13,808 nucleotides of DNA from a virus, in UHGV virus genome UHGV-0153759; one strand, written 5' to 3'. The position numbers were made by a program, and so were the translations under genes. Positions 1 to 7,455 of the stretch are shown here, one piece after another (position 1 is the first letter of the stretch; every line of letters begins with the position of its first letter). The notes beneath the pieces are model-generated. The model worked only from the letters and a program-made list of their open reading frames with translations, searched no databases and was not told the origin of the DNA.

Positions 1-402
1 ATGCTGAACGTGTCGCTGGCGCTGATGCTGGCACTGTCCCTGATTTACCCGCAGAGCGTGGCCGTCAATTTTGTCGCCGCCTGGGTGATTCTGGCGACGG
101 TTATCTGTGTGGTTGCCGGTGGTGTCGGCGTGTATGCCACTGAGTATGTGCTGGAACGCTACGGGCGGGAGCTGCCGCCGGAATCGCTGGCCGTGAAGAT
201 TGTCGCGTCGCTGTTTTTGCAGCCGGTGCCGTGGCGCAGACGGGCGGCGGCTCTGGTGGTGATGGTGGCAACGTTTATCTCGCTGGTCGCTGCCGGGTGG
301 ATTTTTACCGCGCTGATTTACCTCGTGGCGTCGGTGTTCTTCCGGCTGATACGCACGGCCTGTCGTCAGCGTTTTGAGGGGCGGGAACCATGTCAAAGCT
401 GA
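1..402 (+). CDS. lysA: LysA-like lysis-timing membrane protein; possibly 5'-truncated by the window edge
   Basis: 133-aa ORF with several hydrophobic helix-like stretches; sits directly upstream of and overlaps the spanin pair, as P2 lysA does. ORF begins at base 1, so the true start may lie upstream. Confidence 0.6.
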   Translation: MLNVSLALMLALSLIYPQSVAVNFVAAWVILATVICVVAGGVGVYATEYVLERYGRELPPESLAVKIVASLFLQPVPWRRRAAALVVMVATFISLVAAGWIFTALIYLVASVFFRLIRTACRQRFEGREPCQS

Positions 403-815
403 TGATTGTGCTGGTTGTGTTGTTATCACTGGCGGTGGCCGGTCTGTTTCTGGCGAAGCATGAAAACGCCAGCCTGCGCACCTCGCTGGACAGGGCGAAC
501 AACGTCGCCAACGGGCAGCAGACGACTATCACCATGCTGAAAAATCAGCTTCATGTTGCCCTCACCAGAGCAGACAAAAACGAGCTGGCGCAGGTGGCAC
601 TGCGTCAGGAACTGGAGAACGCGGCGAAGCGTGAAGCACAGCGCGAGAAAACCATCACGAGGTTACTGAATGAAAACGAAGATTTTCGCCGCTGGTACGG
701 CGCTGGCCTGCCTGATGCTGTGCGCCGGTTGCACCAGCGCCCGGCCTGCACCGACGCCAGTGATTGTCGCCAACGCCTGCCCGAAAGTGAGCCTTTGCCC
801 GATGCCGGGCAGTGA
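390..815 (+). CDS. lysB: Rz-like inner-membrane spanin (i-spanin)
   Basis: 141 aa; N-terminal transmembrane segment (MIVLVVLLSLAVAGLFLA) followed by a charged, likely coiled-coil region; the o-spanin gene is embedded in its 3' part in another frame. Upstream GGGAA as possible RBS. Confidence 0.8.
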   Translation: MSKLMIVLVVLLSLAVAGLFLAKHENASLRTSLDRANNVANGQQTTITMLKNQLHVALTRADKNELAQVALRQELENAAKREAQREKTITRLLNENEDFRRWYGAGLPDAVRRLHQRPACTDASDCRQRLPESEPLPDAGQ

Positions 816-960
816 CCCGGAGACGAACGGCGATTTAAGTGCCGATATCCGACAGCTTGAGAACGCGCTGGCACGCTGTGCCAGCCAGGTAAAAATGATT
901 AAACACTGTCAGGACGAAAACGATGCTCAAACCCGACAGCCTGCGCAGGGCGCTGACTGA
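670..960 (+). CDS. lysC: Rz1-like outer-membrane lipoprotein spanin (o-spanin)
   Basis: 96 aa; signal peptide ending in lipobox-like LCAGC, proline-rich mature part; begins inside lysB in the +1 frame and runs past it, the classic overlapped spanin layout. Confidence 0.8.
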   Translation: MKTKIFAAGTALACLMLCAGCTSARPAPTPVIVANACPKVSLCPMPGSDPETNGDLSADIRQLENALARCASQVKMIKHCQDENDAQTRQPAQGAD

Positions 961-1390
961 TGCCGTCACGGTGCTGAAAACCAGTCCCGAGATGCTGCGG
1001 ATATTCGTTGATAACGGGAGTATTGCCTCCACACTGGCGACGTCGTTGTCATTCGAAAAGCGTTACACGCTCAATGTGATTGTGACCGACTTTACCGGTG
1101 ATTTTGACCTGCTCATCGTGCCGGTGCTGGCGTGGCTGCGGGAAAATCAGCCCGACATCATGACCACTGACGAAGGTCAGAAAAAGGGCTTCACGTTTTA
1201 TGCAGACATCAACAATGACAGCAGCTTTGATATCAGCATCAGCCTGATGCTGACCGAGCGCACGCTGGTCAGTGAGGTGGACGGCGCGCTGCATGTGAAG
1301 AATATCCCGGAACCCACGCCGCCGGAGCCGGTCACCCGCCCGATGGAGCTTTATATCAATGGCGAACTGGTGAACAAGTGGGATGAATGA
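923..1390 (+). CDS. R: tail completion protein R
   Basis: 155 aa, same length and position as P2 gpR (after lysC, before S); AGGA about 9 nt upstream of the ATG; 8-nt overlap with the next gene. Confidence 0.8.
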   Translation: MLKPDSLRRALTDAVTVLKTSPEMLRIFVDNGSIASTLATSLSFEKRYTLNVIVTDFTGDFDLLIVPVLAWLRENQPDIMTTDEGQKKGFTFYADINNDSSFDISISLMLTERTLVSEVDGALHVKNIPEPTPPEPVTRPMELYINGELVNKWDE

Positions 1391-1835
1391 GTTTAAGCGT
1401 TTTGAAGATCGGCTGACCGGACTGATTGAGTCGCTGTCACCGTCAGGGCGTCGGCGACTGAGTGCCGAACTGGCGAAACGTCTGCGGCAGAGTCAGCAGC
1501 GTCGGGTGATGGCTCAGAAAGCCCCGGACGGCACACCCTACGCGCCACGCCAGCAGCAGAGCGCCAGAAAAAAGACCGGTCGCGTTAAGCGAAAAATGTT
1601 TGCGAAACTTATTACCAGTCGTTTTTTGCATATCCGCGCCAGCCCTGAACAGGCATCAATGGAGTTTTACGGCGGGAAGTCACCGAAAATCGCCAGCGTG
1701 CATCAGTTCGGTCTGTCGGAAGAAAACCGGAAAGACGGTAAGAAAATTGATTATCCGGCGCGTCCTCTGCTCGGTTTTACCGGTGAGGATGTGCAGATGA
1801 TTGAAGAGATTATTCTGGCTCACCTCGACCGTTAG
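1383..1835 (+). CDS. S: tail completion protein S
   Basis: 150 aa, basic protein at the P2 gpS position and size; start overlaps the R stop (translational coupling). Confidence 0.8.
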   Translation: MNEFKRFEDRLTGLIESLSPSGRRRLSAELAKRLRQSQQRRVMAQKAPDGTPYAPRQQQSARKKTGRVKRKMFAKLITSRFLHIRASPEQASMEFYGGKSPKIASVHQFGLSEENRKDGKKIDYPARPLLGFTGEDVQMIEEIILAHLDR

Positions 1836-1867
1836 TTGTGCCATTCCCGACACCTCATCGTCACATT

Positions 1868-1890
1868 GCCGCCGGTATGACCCGGCGGCA
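1868..1890 (+). other. GC-rich stem-loop in the S-V intergenic region (possible terminator or RNA-processing element)
   Basis: TGCCGCCGG (1868-1876) pairs with CCGGCGGCA (1882-1890), a 9-bp perfect stem with a 5-nt loop, followed by a T/C-rich tract and lying 12 nt before the V start. Confidence 0.3.
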
Positions 1891-1901
1891 TCCTTCCCGT
1901 T

Positions 1902-2537
1902 ATGAACACTCTCGCAAATATTCAGGAACTCGCGCGCGCACTGCGCAACATGATTCGTACCGGCCTTGTCGTCGAAACCGACCTTAAAGCCGGTCGCTGC
2001 CGTGTGCAGACCGGCGGCATGTGCACCGACTGGCTTCAGTGGCTGACCTGTCGTGCCGGGCGTTCGCGCACATGGTGGGCACCTTCCGTGGGGGAGCAGG
2101 TGCTGATTCTGGCCGTGGGCGGTGAACTTGACACGGCGTTTGTTCTGCCGGGGATTTATTCCGGCGATAACCCCGCGCCGTCTGCGTCGGCGGATGCCCT
2201 GCATATCCGTTTCCCTGACGGGGCGGTGATTGAGTATGAACCCGAAACCAGTGCACTCACGGTAAGCGGAATCAAAACGGCCAGCGTGACGGCTTCTGAT
2301 TCTGTTACTGCCACGGTACCGGTGGTCACGGTGAAAGCGTCAACCCGTGTCACCCTGGACACACCGGAAGTGGTCTGCACTAACAAACTGACTACCGGCA
2401 CGCTGGAAGTGCAGAAGGGCGGGACGATGCGCGGCAACATTGAACACACCGGCGGTGAACTCTCATCAAACGGGAAGGTACTGCATACCCACAAACACCC
2501 CGGCGACAGCGGCGGCACAACCGGGAGTCCTCTATGA
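1902..2537 (+). CDS. V: baseplate spike / assembly protein V
   Basis: 211 aa, P2 gpV size and position; Thr/Val/Ser-rich C-terminal half consistent with a spike beta-structure; ATGA overlap with W. Confidence 0.85.
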   Translation: MNTLANIQELARALRNMIRTGLVVETDLKAGRCRVQTGGMCTDWLQWLTCRAGRSRTWWAPSVGEQVLILAVGGELDTAFVLPGIYSGDNPAPSASADALHIRFPDGAVIEYEPETSALTVSGIKTASVTASDSVTATVPVVTVKASTRVTLDTPEVVCTNKLTTGTLEVQKGGTMRGNIEHTGGELSSNGKVLHTHKHPGDSGGTTGSPL

Positions 2538-2881
2538 CAGCGCGTTATCTCGGAATGAATCGCAGTGATGGCCTGACTGTCACTGACCTTGAGCATATCA
2601 GCCAGAGTATCGGCGATATCCTGCGTACCCCCGTCGGCTCACGGGTGATGCGTCGTGATTACGGCTCGTTGCTAGCGTCAATGATTGACCAGCCGCAGAC
2701 CCCGGCGCTTGAGTTGCAGATTAAGGTCGCCTGTTACATGGCGGTGCTGAAATGGGAACCCCGCGTCACCCTGTCATCCGTCACCACGGCGCGCAGCTTT
2801 GACGGGCGAATGACGGTCACTTTGACAGGCCAGCACAACGACACCGGCCAGCCACTTTCATTAACCATCCCTGTGAGTTGA
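2534..2881 (+). CDS. W: baseplate protein W (T4 gp25-like)
   Basis: 115 aa, P2 gpW size and position; start overlaps the V stop. Confidence 0.85.
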   Translation: MTARYLGMNRSDGLTVTDLEHISQSIGDILRTPVGSRVMRRDYGSLLASMIDQPQTPALELQIKVACYMAVLKWEPRVTLSSVTTARSFDGRMTVTLTGQHNDTGQPLSLTIPVS

Positions 2882-2885
2882 AACC

Positions 2886-3794
2886 ATGCCGATTATCGAC
2901 CTGAACCAGCTACCCGCACCGGATGTGGTCGAGGAGCTGGACTTTGAAACCATTCTTGCCGAACGCAAGGCGACACTGATTTCCCTTTACCCGGAAGACC
3001 AGCAGGAGGCGGTCGCCCGTACCCTGACGCTGGAATCCGAGCCTCTCGTCAAACTGCTGGAGGAAAATGCTTATCGTGAGCTTATCTGGCGTCAGCGTGT
3101 GAATGAGGCCGCACGGGCGGTGATGCTGGCCTGTGCCGCCGGTAATGACCTTGATGTGATTGGTGCCAATTACAACACCACGCGCCTGATTATCACCCCG
3201 GCAGATGATTCGACCCTCCCGCCGACACCGGCAGTGATGGAATCTGATACCGATTATCGTCTGCGTATTCAGCAGGCGTTTGAAGGTTTAAGCGTCGCCG
3301 GGTCGGTGGGGGCCTATCAGTATCATGGTCGCAGTGCTGACGGGCGTGTCGCGGATATTTCTGTCACCAGTCCGTCTCCGGCCTGCGTCACCATCTCTGT
3401 GCTGTCACGTGAAAATAACGGCGTCGCATCCGAAGACCTGCTGGCTGTGGTGCGTAACGCCCTTAATGGCGAGGACGTCAGGCCGGTGGCCGACCGCGTG
3501 ACCGTGCAGTCTGCCGCCATCGTTGAATACCAGATAAACGCCACGCTTTACCTTTACCCTGGTCCCGAAAGCGAACCCATACGCGCTGCCGCCGTGAAAA
3601 AACTGGAAGCGTACATCACGGCACAGCACCGGCTGGGGCGTGACATCCGTCTGTCTGCCATTTATGCCGCTTTGCATGTGGAAGGCGTGCAGCGTGTTGA
3701 ACTGGCTTCACCACTGGCCGACATCGTGCTCAACAGTACGCAGGCGTCTTTCTGTACCGAATACCGCGTCGTGACCGGAGGCTCGGATGAGTGA
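2886..3794 (+). CDS. J: baseplate assembly protein J
   Basis: 302 aa, P2 gpJ size and position in the V-W-J-I block. Confidence 0.85.
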   Translation: MPIIDLNQLPAPDVVEELDFETILAERKATLISLYPEDQQEAVARTLTLESEPLVKLLEENAYRELIWRQRVNEAARAVMLACAAGNDLDVIGANYNTTRLIITPADDSTLPPTPAVMESDTDYRLRIQQAFEGLSVAGSVGAYQYHGRSADGRVADISVTSPSPACVTISVLSRENNGVASEDLLAVVRNALNGEDVRPVADRVTVQSAAIVEYQINATLYLYPGPESEPIRAAAVKKLEAYITAQHRLGRDIRLSAIYAALHVEGVQRVELASPLADIVLNSTQASFCTEYRVVTGGSDE

Positions 3795-4398
3795 TTCGCG
3801 CCTGCTGCCGACCGGCTCATCACCGCTTGAAGTCGCTGCTGCAAAAGCCTGTGCGGAAATTGAAAAAACGCCGGTCAGTATTCGTGAGCTGTGGAACCCG
3901 GACACCTGCCCGGCAAATCTGCTGCCGTGGCTGGCGTGGTCATTTTCGGTTGACCGCTGGGATGATAAGTGGCCGGAAGCGACAAAACGCGCCGTTATCC
4001 GCGATGCGTATTTCATTCACTGCCATAAGGGCACTATAGGCGCAATCCGGCGTGTGGTGGAGCCGCTCGGCTATCTGATTGAGGTGAGGGAGTGGTGGCA
4101 ACTCAATGAGGAGCCGGGGACGTTCCGTATCGTTGTTGGCGTGCTTGAGCAGGGTATTACCGAGGAAATGTATCAGGAGCTGGAGCGCCTAGTTGCTGAT
4201 GCAAAACCGGCAAGCCGCCATCTGACGGGACTGGCTATCAGTTTAAGTACAACCGGCAACATTTTTGCCGGTGCGGGATGCTATCACGGCGACGCCCTGA
4301 CGGTTTATCCCTACACCCCGGAGGCCATTATTGTCGGAGGGGATTATTTCCCGGCCTCGGCCATTCATTTAATTGATAACCTGAGAGTAAACGCATGA
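3787..4398 (+). CDS. I: baseplate/tail protein I
   Basis: 203 aa at the P2 gpI position; start overlaps the J stop by 8 nt and the stop overlaps the H start (ATGA). Longer than I expect for P2 gpI, so the true start could be internal. Confidence 0.75.
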   Translation: MSDSRLLPTGSSPLEVAAAKACAEIEKTPVSIRELWNPDTCPANLLPWLAWSFSVDRWDDKWPEATKRAVIRDAYFIHCHKGTIGAIRRVVEPLGYLIEVREWWQLNEEPGTFRIVVGVLEQGITEEMYQELERLVADAKPASRHLTGLAISLSTTGNIFAGAGCYHGDALTVYPYTPEAIIVGGDYFPASAIHLIDNLRVNA

Positions 4399-5684
4399 CA
4401 GTGAAATACTACGCCATTCTGACTAATCAGGGCGCAGCACGGCTGGCTAACGCGACGATGCTCGGCAGTAAGCTGAATCTGACGCAAATGGCCGTTGGTG
4501 ATGCGAATGGTGTCTTGCCGACACCAGACCCGGCACAGACAAAACTGATTAACCAGAAACGCATCGCGCCGCTGAATCTTCTGAGTGTTGACCCGAACAA
4601 CCAGAGCCAGATTATTGCGGAGCAAATCATCCCTGAGAACGAGGGCGGATTCTGGATCCGTGAGATTGGGCTTTATGATGATGAAGGCGTACTCATTGCG
4701 GTGGCGAACTGCCCGGAAACGTACAAACCGCAGTTGCAGGAAGGCAGTGGTCGTACCCAGACTATCCGCATGATTCTGGTTGTCACGAATACCGAAGCTA
4801 TCACGCTGAAAATCGACCCGTCGGTGGTACTGGCGACCCGTAAATACGTGGATGATGAAGTCCTGGAATTAAGGCTGTATGTGGATGACCAGATGAGAAA
4901 CCACATTGCCGCACAGGATCCTCATACCCAGTATGCGCAGAAACATAATCCGACATTTACCGGAGAACCAAAAGCGCCGACGCCTGCCGCAGGAAATAAC
5001 ACCACGCGGATTGCGACCACTGCGTTTGTACAGGCTGCTATTACCGCTCTGATTGACGGTGCGCCAGCCACGCTGGACACGCTGAAGGAAATTGCAGCAG
5101 CTATCAACAATGACCCGAAATTCAGCACCACCATTAACAATGCGCTGTCAGGTAAGCAACCACTGGATGAGACGCTGACTCATTTGAGTGGAAAGGATGT
5201 GGCTGGTCTTCTCGCATACCTTGGTTTGGGAGAAGGCTCAGCATTACCCGTTGGTGTCCCTGTTCCCTGGCCTTCTGTCACACCACCGACAGGCTGGCTG
5301 AAATGCAACGGTGCGGCTTTTTCTGCTGAAGAATACCCGGAACTGGCAAAGGCTTACCCGAGCGGAAAATTACCTGATTTACGCGGTGAATTTATTCGTG
5401 GCTGGGATGACGGGCGCGGTGTGGATACAGGTCGAGCCATCTTAAGCGCACAGGAATGGTTGACAGGGAGTCATTGTCACTATATCCGGTCATGGGACGC
5501 ATGGAATAATACAGTACTGGAACCAAATGACAGACAGGGCGACAGTCTGTTGTCGACAGATAACGCCGTGCAGGAAGGTGCGATTAACGGGAGGTTTACC
5601 AGTCAATACAGAACGGAGTTTTCAGGGGGAAATGAAACCCGCCCACGTAACATCGCCTTCAATTATATTGTGAGAGCTGCATAA
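4395..5684 (+). CDS. H: tail fibre protein H: constant N-terminal part fused to a variable, invertible C-terminal part
   Basis: 429 aa. C-terminal part carries a tail-collar-like motif (PTGWLKCNGAAFSAEEYPELAKAYPSGKLPDLRGEFIRGWDDGRGVD). A recombination site lies at codon ~276 (LAYLGLGEG, 5209-5234). Confidence 0.85.
   Translation: MTVKYYAILTNQGAARLANATMLGSKLNLTQMAVGDANGVLPTPDPAQTKLINQKRIAPLNLLSVDPNNQSQIIAEQIIPENEGGFWIREIGLYDDEGVLIAVANCPETYKPQLQEGSGRTQTIRMILVVTNTEAITLKIDPSVVLATRKYVDDEVLELRLYVDDQMRNHIAAQDPHTQYAQKHNPTFTGEPKAPTPAAGNNTTRIATTAFVQAAITALIDGAPATLDTLKEIAAAINNDPKFSTTINNALSGKQPLDETLTHLSGKDVAGLLAYLGLGEGSALPVGVPVPWPSVTPPTGWLKCNGAAFSAEEYPELAKAYPSGKLPDLRGEFIRGWDDGRGVDTGRAILSAQEWLTGSHCHYIRSWDAWNNTVLEPNDRQGDSLLSTDNAVQEGAINGRFTSQYRTEFSGGNETRPRNIAFNYIVRAA
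5209..5234. repeat. left inversion crossover site (hix/gix-like, 26 bp) inside H
   Basis: TTCTCGCATACC-TT-GGTTTGGGAGAA: two imperfectly palindromic 12-bp half-sites around a central TT, with the AAACC/GGTTT core typical of Hin/Gin sites. 5221-5234 is the exact reverse complement of 7133-7146. Confidence 0.7.
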
Positions 5685-6286
5685 TGAATAACGCGATATT
5701 AAATAATGACCTTATTGCCGTACAGGCGGGAAACGTCATCGTTTATAACTATGATGGTGAGACGCGGGAATATATTTCCGAATCAACTGAATATCTTGCT
5801 GTGGGTGTTGGTATTCCGGCATGTTCCTGTTTAGAGGCTCCTGGTACACATAAGGATGGTTATTCAATTTGCCGCTCTGTGGATTTAAATTCATGGGAAT
5901 ATGTGCCGGACCATCGCGGTGAAATTGTCTTTAGCACCGAAACAGGAGAATCAAAAGAAATCACAGCACCGGGTGATTACCCTGATAATACAACCACTCT
6001 CGTACCGTTAACGCCATACGATAAATGGGATGGTGAAAAATGGGTGACAGATACTGAGGCACAGCATAGTGCCGCAGTAGGCGCGGCAGAAGCACAGCGT
6101 CAGTCACTGATTGATACTGCAATGGCTTCCATTAGTCTGATTCAACTGAAATTGCAGACCGGGCGGAAGCTGACGCAGACAGAAAACACCCGACTTAACG
6201 CTGTGCTGGATTACATTGACGCGGTGACGGCAACTGATACCAGCACCGCGCCGGATATCAATTGGCCTGCTCCCCCGGAGGCGTAG
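5684..6286 (+). CDS. tail fibre assembly (chaperone) protein, G/U-like
   Basis: 200 aa directly after H (TAATG overlap); C-terminus has the tail-fibre-assembly signature (DYIDAVTATDTSTAPDINWPAPPE). Appears AT-richer than the flanking tail genes. Confidence 0.8.
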   Translation: MNNAILNNDLIAVQAGNVIVYNYDGETREYISESTEYLAVGVGIPACSCLEAPGTHKDGYSICRSVDLNSWEYVPDHRGEIVFSTETGESKEITAPGDYPDNTTTLVPLTPYDKWDGEKWVTDTEAQHSAAVGAAEAQRQSLIDTAMASISLIQLKLQTGRKLTQTENTRLNAVLDYIDAVTATDTSTAPDINWPAPPEA

Positions 6287-6674
6287 GCCAGACGGGATTT
6301 GATGTATCAACGCGCATCAGCAAGACCCGGTATTTTTTCCATTCAGATAACGCGGCGGTTTCTTCTGCCGTCGCGATTTCCGCATCAAAAGCATCCTGTC
6401 TCCAGACTATTTCCTTATCAGCCATAGAACGCAATACCGTTCTTTTCTGTTCAGCCTGAATAATCTGTTGTTCAGCGGAGAGTGGCGGGATATCAATCCA
6501 CGCAGGATTACCATTTTTATCAGCCCCCAGCGTTTTGCCTTGTGGCGCTACGCCTGTGTAAATTGCCATTGTTTCATCATCAACATCAACGCCATTTTCA
6601 GGCCATGAACCGGCGCTGATATATACCTCTTTTAGTGCTTTCGGATAGAAAGAGCCTTTATAAAATTTATTCAT
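6258..6674 (-). CDS. second tail fibre assembly protein, inverted orientation (U'-like)
   Basis: Start is probably the ATG at 6674 (MNKFYKGSFYP, typical Tfa N-terminus); the supplied ORF extends to a TTG at 6704. C-terminus WKKYRVLLMRVDTSNPVWPTPPGE is the Tfa signature. Convergent with the + strand Tfa gene, sharing 29 bp at the 3' ends. Confidence 0.7.
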   Translation of the reverse strand: MNKFYKGSFYPKALKEVYISAGSWPENGVDVDDETMAIYTGVAPQGKTLGADKNGNPAWIDIPPLSAEQQIIQAEQKRTVLRSMADKEIVWRQDAFDAEIATAEETAALSEWKKYRVLLMRVDTSNPVWPTPPGEQAN

Positions 6675-6676
6675 TC

Positions 6677-7186
6677 TTAATACCCCAGCGCGATAAAACA
6701 ACAATCTTCGGTGCCCTCTCCGGATGGCGACCAGTTCTGAATACTGATATGCGTTCTGCTGGCAATACGCACATTCATCGCGGCATTGTAGCCAGATGTT
6801 CCACGGTTTCCGGTCGCAAATAAGCCTGCATAGGGAAAAGCAAATGGTAAGGCATATCCAGCATCAGCTCCCTTTTGTGTTGCCACCGTTCCCCACTGCA
6901 ACATAAGTTTCACCGGGTTTCCTGTCGTCGCAATGCATGGAATGTAGATGTAGCCATTCCCTGACATCATTGACCTGAAGCTGTCTAAATCCAGTAACTT
7001 CGAGGCATTATCTGCTCCAACATCTCGTGTTGCGGCGGTCCCTAACTGGAGCGCATTTCGGAAGGCTGATACATCAGAAATATCAGCTCCATTAGCCGAT
7101 TTCTGCATAGCTCCGGAGGCTTTATTTATCGTTTCTCCCAAACCAACGTTTAAGAAAATGCAGAGATTACGGCTAACTGGCATCAT
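6677..7186 (-). CDS. alternative tail fibre C-terminal segment (Sv'-like), expressed only after inversion fuses it to the H N-terminus
   Basis: Minus-strand frame is open from the stop at 7196-7198 down to 6677; the ATG at 7186 is probably not a real start. Contains the in-frame crossover site (NVGLGE, 7133-7158) and a fibre-tip-like motif (GYIYIPCIATTGNPVKLMLQWG). Its stop abuts the Tfa' start. Confidence 0.65.
   Translation of the reverse strand: MMPVSRNLCIFLNVGLGETINKASGAMQKSANGADISDVSAFRNALQLGTAATRDVGADNASKLLDLDSFRSMMSGNGYIYIPCIATTGNPVKLMLQWGTVATQKGADAGYALPFAFPYAGLFATGNRGTSGYNAAMNVRIASRTHISIQNWSPSGEGTEDCCFIALGY
7133..7158. repeat. right inversion crossover site (hix/gix-like, 26 bp), 55 bp upstream of the invertase remnant
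   Basis: TTCTCCCAAACC-AA-CGTTTAAGAAAA; 7133-7146 is the reverse complement of 5221-5234 (14/14), and the central dinucleotide is compatible (TT vs AA). Confidence 0.7.
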
Positions 7187-7213
7187 CCCCGGTTTTTATT
7201 CAGGGGATCCATC

Positions 7214-7396
7214 ATGCTTATTGGCTATGTCCGCGTGTCAACAAATGACCAGAATACGGAATTGCAGCGTAACGCGCTGGAGTGCGCAGGATGTGAGCTG
7301 ATTTTTGATATTGGCCTGTCCACGCTCTATAAAAAATTCCCCTCATCAGCGACAAAGAATAAATTGTGTCATCCCTTAGCCAACCGGGACAAATAG
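7214..7396 (+). pseudogene. remnant of a Hin/Gin/Pin/Cin-family serine DNA invertase with an in-frame internal deletion
   Basis: 60 aa. N-terminus MLIGYVRVSTNDQNTELQRNALECAGCELIF matches, from my memory of Pin/Hin, the invertase N-terminus including the catalytic Ser; it joins directly to IGLSTLYKKFPSS, which resembles the extreme C-terminal helix-turn-helix tail. About 130 codons of the catalytic domain are missing. Confidence 0.75.
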
Positions 7397-7455
7397 CCTG
7401 ACATCTCCGGCACAACAGAAAATATCACTCACCCATTAACCACGGAGTTAAACGG

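Larger units (their letters stand above)
5221..7146. other. invertible tail-fibre segment (~1.9 kb, G-segment-like host-range switch)
   Basis: Bounded by the two crossover sites. Contains the H variable C-terminus and Tfa on +, Tfa' and Sv' on -. The reading frame is preserved across the crossover dinucleotide in both orientations. Confidence 0.65.

Noticed and set aside
1680-2596. Two long minus-strand ORFs (1680-2204, 2156-2596) opposite S/V/W
   Set aside because: Arg/Pro/Cys-rich low-complexity translations nested inside well-supported + strand genes; treated as antisense artefacts.
3791-4039. 82-aa + strand ORF in an alternative frame inside gene I
   Set aside because: GTG-initiated, Arg-rich, entirely within the I reading frame's span; no evidence of a real overlapping gene.
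6677-7186. Possibility that the minus-strand ORF is an independent gene, such as cargo or a defence gene in the P2 Z/fun position
   Set aside because: Its frame is open upstream of the ATG only to 7196, it contains the in-frame crossover site matching H, it ends with a fibre-tip-like motif and is followed by a Tfa gene; an alternative fibre exon explains all of these.
7181-7213. Palindrome-like sequence CATCATCCCCGGTTTTTATTCAGGGGATCCATCATG between the alternative fibre segment and the invertase remnant, considered as the crossover site
   Set aside because: It is an imperfect dyad lacking the AAACC-NN-GGTTT core; the true crossover site is better explained by the 26-bp site at 7133-7158, which has a perfect inverted partner inside H. 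It may be an invertase promoter/operator remnant, but that is unsupported.
7360-7455. Search for a P2 late-promoter TGT-N12-ACA dyad upstream of FI
   Set aside because: No TGT-N12-ACA arrangement found by eye in this interval; I cannot place the FI promoter confidently, so no promoter feature is reported.
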